17,473 nucleotides of DNA, taken from NCBI GenBank assembly GCA_038740245.1, contig JAVYLZ010000012.1, positions 1 through 17,473 on the forward strand, written 5' to 3'. This stretch comes from Candidatus Micrarchaeia archaeon (GTDB taxonomy: Archaea > Micrarchaeota > Micrarchaeia > CAILAH01). Shown piece by piece: positions 16,117-17,473 of this stretch. Each line of letters opens with the position of its first letter. The stretch's first letter is position 1. A model generated the notes under the pieces. It saw nothing but the letters and a program-made list of their open reading frames with translations, did not search any database and was not told where the DNA came from. A program made the translations under genes and the position numbers.

Positions 16117-17358
16117 ATGAACGCGCGTCCCATAATTGTGCTTATGCTCATGCTCCTATTGGGTGCAAGTGCGCCTGCATTTGCGGCCTGCACTTACGTG
16201 CCCAAGATTAATGTTACTGATATCTCGCTGAGCTCGCTGTTCATAGTGCCCGGCGATACGCTTACAGTTGTGCTTGATGTTGAGAGCACGGAAGTGTATG
16301 CGGGCGACGTTGAGGCAGTGCTTAAAAAAAGCGGGTTTGAGTTCCCCATATACACGGGCCAGCATTACATCATACCCGGCCAAAACGAGGTGCGGTTTAG
16401 CGGGCGTGTGGGCGCGATGGTAGGGCCTGGCGTGTACACGCTCAAGGTGCGCATAGGCGGGCTTGAGCTCTCACAGGACGTGATACTTGAGGGTGAGCCC
16501 GCGGATGCGGCGACACTGCCGTACATTATGGAGGACCAAAAAAGGGTTGCCGTACACCTGCCATCAACTGAGCAGGTTGTGTTCACTGTTGCAGTTACGG
16601 ATGCGGCGGGCAAGCAGGAACGGTATATGCGCACCGTAAAGCCGCAGGATGGCGAGGTTGTGCTTGAGGTGCCCGTGTGCCAGAACTGCAGGATTGATGT
16701 TACGAGTGCATACGGTGGCGGTGTTCATGTGTGGCGCGAGTATGGCGCCTACAGCAGGCCGTACCTGCGCATAACCGAGCTTACGCCGCAAAAAATAGTG
16801 CTTGAGGGGTGTGCGCCCACAGAATACACAATTTATCTGGATGGCAGGGAATACGGCCTGGCACAGGGCATATCGCGGATTGAGAAGGCGCTGGTGACAG
16901 GATACGAGAATGTGCGGGTTACGATGAAGGGTGCAAACTGGGAATTTGAGAGAGTGGTTGGGCTGGCCAACTTTGCGTACCCAGTAACGGAGAGCGTGCG
17001 TGTCACCAAGCAGCAGCCGTTCACCATCAACATCATTGCGCGTGATGCGCTAGGCAGGCGTGCGCCAAGCAGCGGCGTGCTGTACATTGAAGGTGCGGGG
17101 TTTGCGTACGCCGAGGAGATTATGTTCACGGGCGAGTATGAGCGCGAGCTTAACCTGAAAGAGGGAAGATACACGGTGAGGTATAACGGCAAAGAGGCTG
17201 CGGGTGAGAGCGTGCCTGTTGAGTATGAGATGCCCGAGCCGGAGCCCGTCAGGGAGGAGTTTGTGCTCAGGGATATTGTGCCCGCGCTTATAGTGATACT
17301 GGTGGCCGCACTTGCGGTGTTGGTGCTCATATGGGTAAAAAGAATGCGTGTGCGCTGA
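16117..17358 (+). CDS. Exported multi-beta-sandwich (Ig/CARDB-like) protein with C-terminal TM anchor
   Basis: Signal peptide (APAFA), beta-strand motifs PGDTLTVVLDV, PGVYTLKVRIG and EGRYTVRY, PEPEP linker, TM helix and basic tail KRMRVR. Confidence 0.8.
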   Translation: MNARPIIVLMLMLLLGASAPAFAACTYVPKINVTDISLSSLFIVPGDTLTVVLDVESTEVYAGDVEAVLKKSGFEFPIYTGQHYIIPGQNEVRFSGRVGAMVGPGVYTLKVRIGGLELSQDVILEGEPADAATLPYIMEDQKRVAVHLPSTEQVVFTVAVTDAAGKQERYMRTVKPQDGEVVLEVPVCQNCRIDVTSAYGGGVHVWREYGAYSRPYLRITELTPQKIVLEGCAPTEYTIYLDGREYGLAQGISRIEKALVTGYENVRVTMKGANWEFERVVGLANFAYPVTESVRVTKQQPFTINIIARDALGRRAPSSGVLYIEGAGFAYAEEIMFTGEYERELNLKEGRYTVRYNGKEAAGESVPVEYEMPEPEPVREEFVLRDIVPALIVILVAALAVLVLIWVKRMRVR

Positions 17359-17409
17359 ATTGCGCCAATGTAAATGTTTATATAGTAAATAATGCCCGAA
17401 AAAGGGTGT

Positions 17410-17473
17410 ATGCAGGGGTATTCGGCACGGCATATCGAGCCGGCCAGCAAAATAGATGTACGGAAACGGGTGC
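17410..17473 (+). CDS. Possible 5' end of next gene (truncated by window edge)
   Basis: TTTATATA at 17377-17384, then ATG at 17410 (in-frame alternative 17392); frame open to the window end (MQGYSARHIEPASKIDVRKRV). Confidence 0.4.
   Translation, partial: MQGYSARHIEPASKIDVRKRV

Noticed and set aside
15375..17430. 12-bp direct repeat tattcggcacgg at 15375-15386 and 17419-17430 as possible att or target-site duplication
   Set aside because: It flanks ordinary genes with no integrase or transposase, and a 10-bp version also occurs inside a coding region near 12416; likely chance.
1..17473. CRISPR array, tRNA/rRNA, IS element or defence system
   Set aside because: No regularly spaced repeats, cloverleafs, transposase/integrase or recognisable defence domains were seen; nearly all sequence is assigned to CDS.

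Overview
Gene-dense archaeal chromosomal segment using the standard genetic code. It is most consistent with a DPANN archaeon of the Micrarchaeota/Diapherotrites type; this is an inference from gene content, the stand-alone PriL and compaction. Bases 1-4963 are a surface-glycosylation cluster: two tandem GT-C (ArnT/PMT, GT39-like) membrane glycosyltransferases, a SAM methyltransferase, a GtrB/ArnC-like GT2 and a DPM1-like GT2. The rest interleaves housekeeping genes (dtdA, nreA, DUF63, dph5, priL, aRF1, translin/TRAX) with uncharacterised exported proteins. The most unusual items are: (i) a translationally coupled pair of membrane proteins (700 aa and ~175 aa) sharing an unnamed 4-Cys extracytoplasmic domain, the larger also having a long helical stalk; (ii) a membrane-anchored protein that looks like a Zn-dependent PLC/S1-P1 nuclease fold lacking its metal ligands, fused to a tandem 10-Cys module; (iii) recurrent ~52-56 bp divergent intergenic regions with one central TATA and a shared GCACGCA motif. 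No tRNA, rRNA, CRISPR array or mobile element was recognised. All family calls come from motif recognition by eye; no searches were run.
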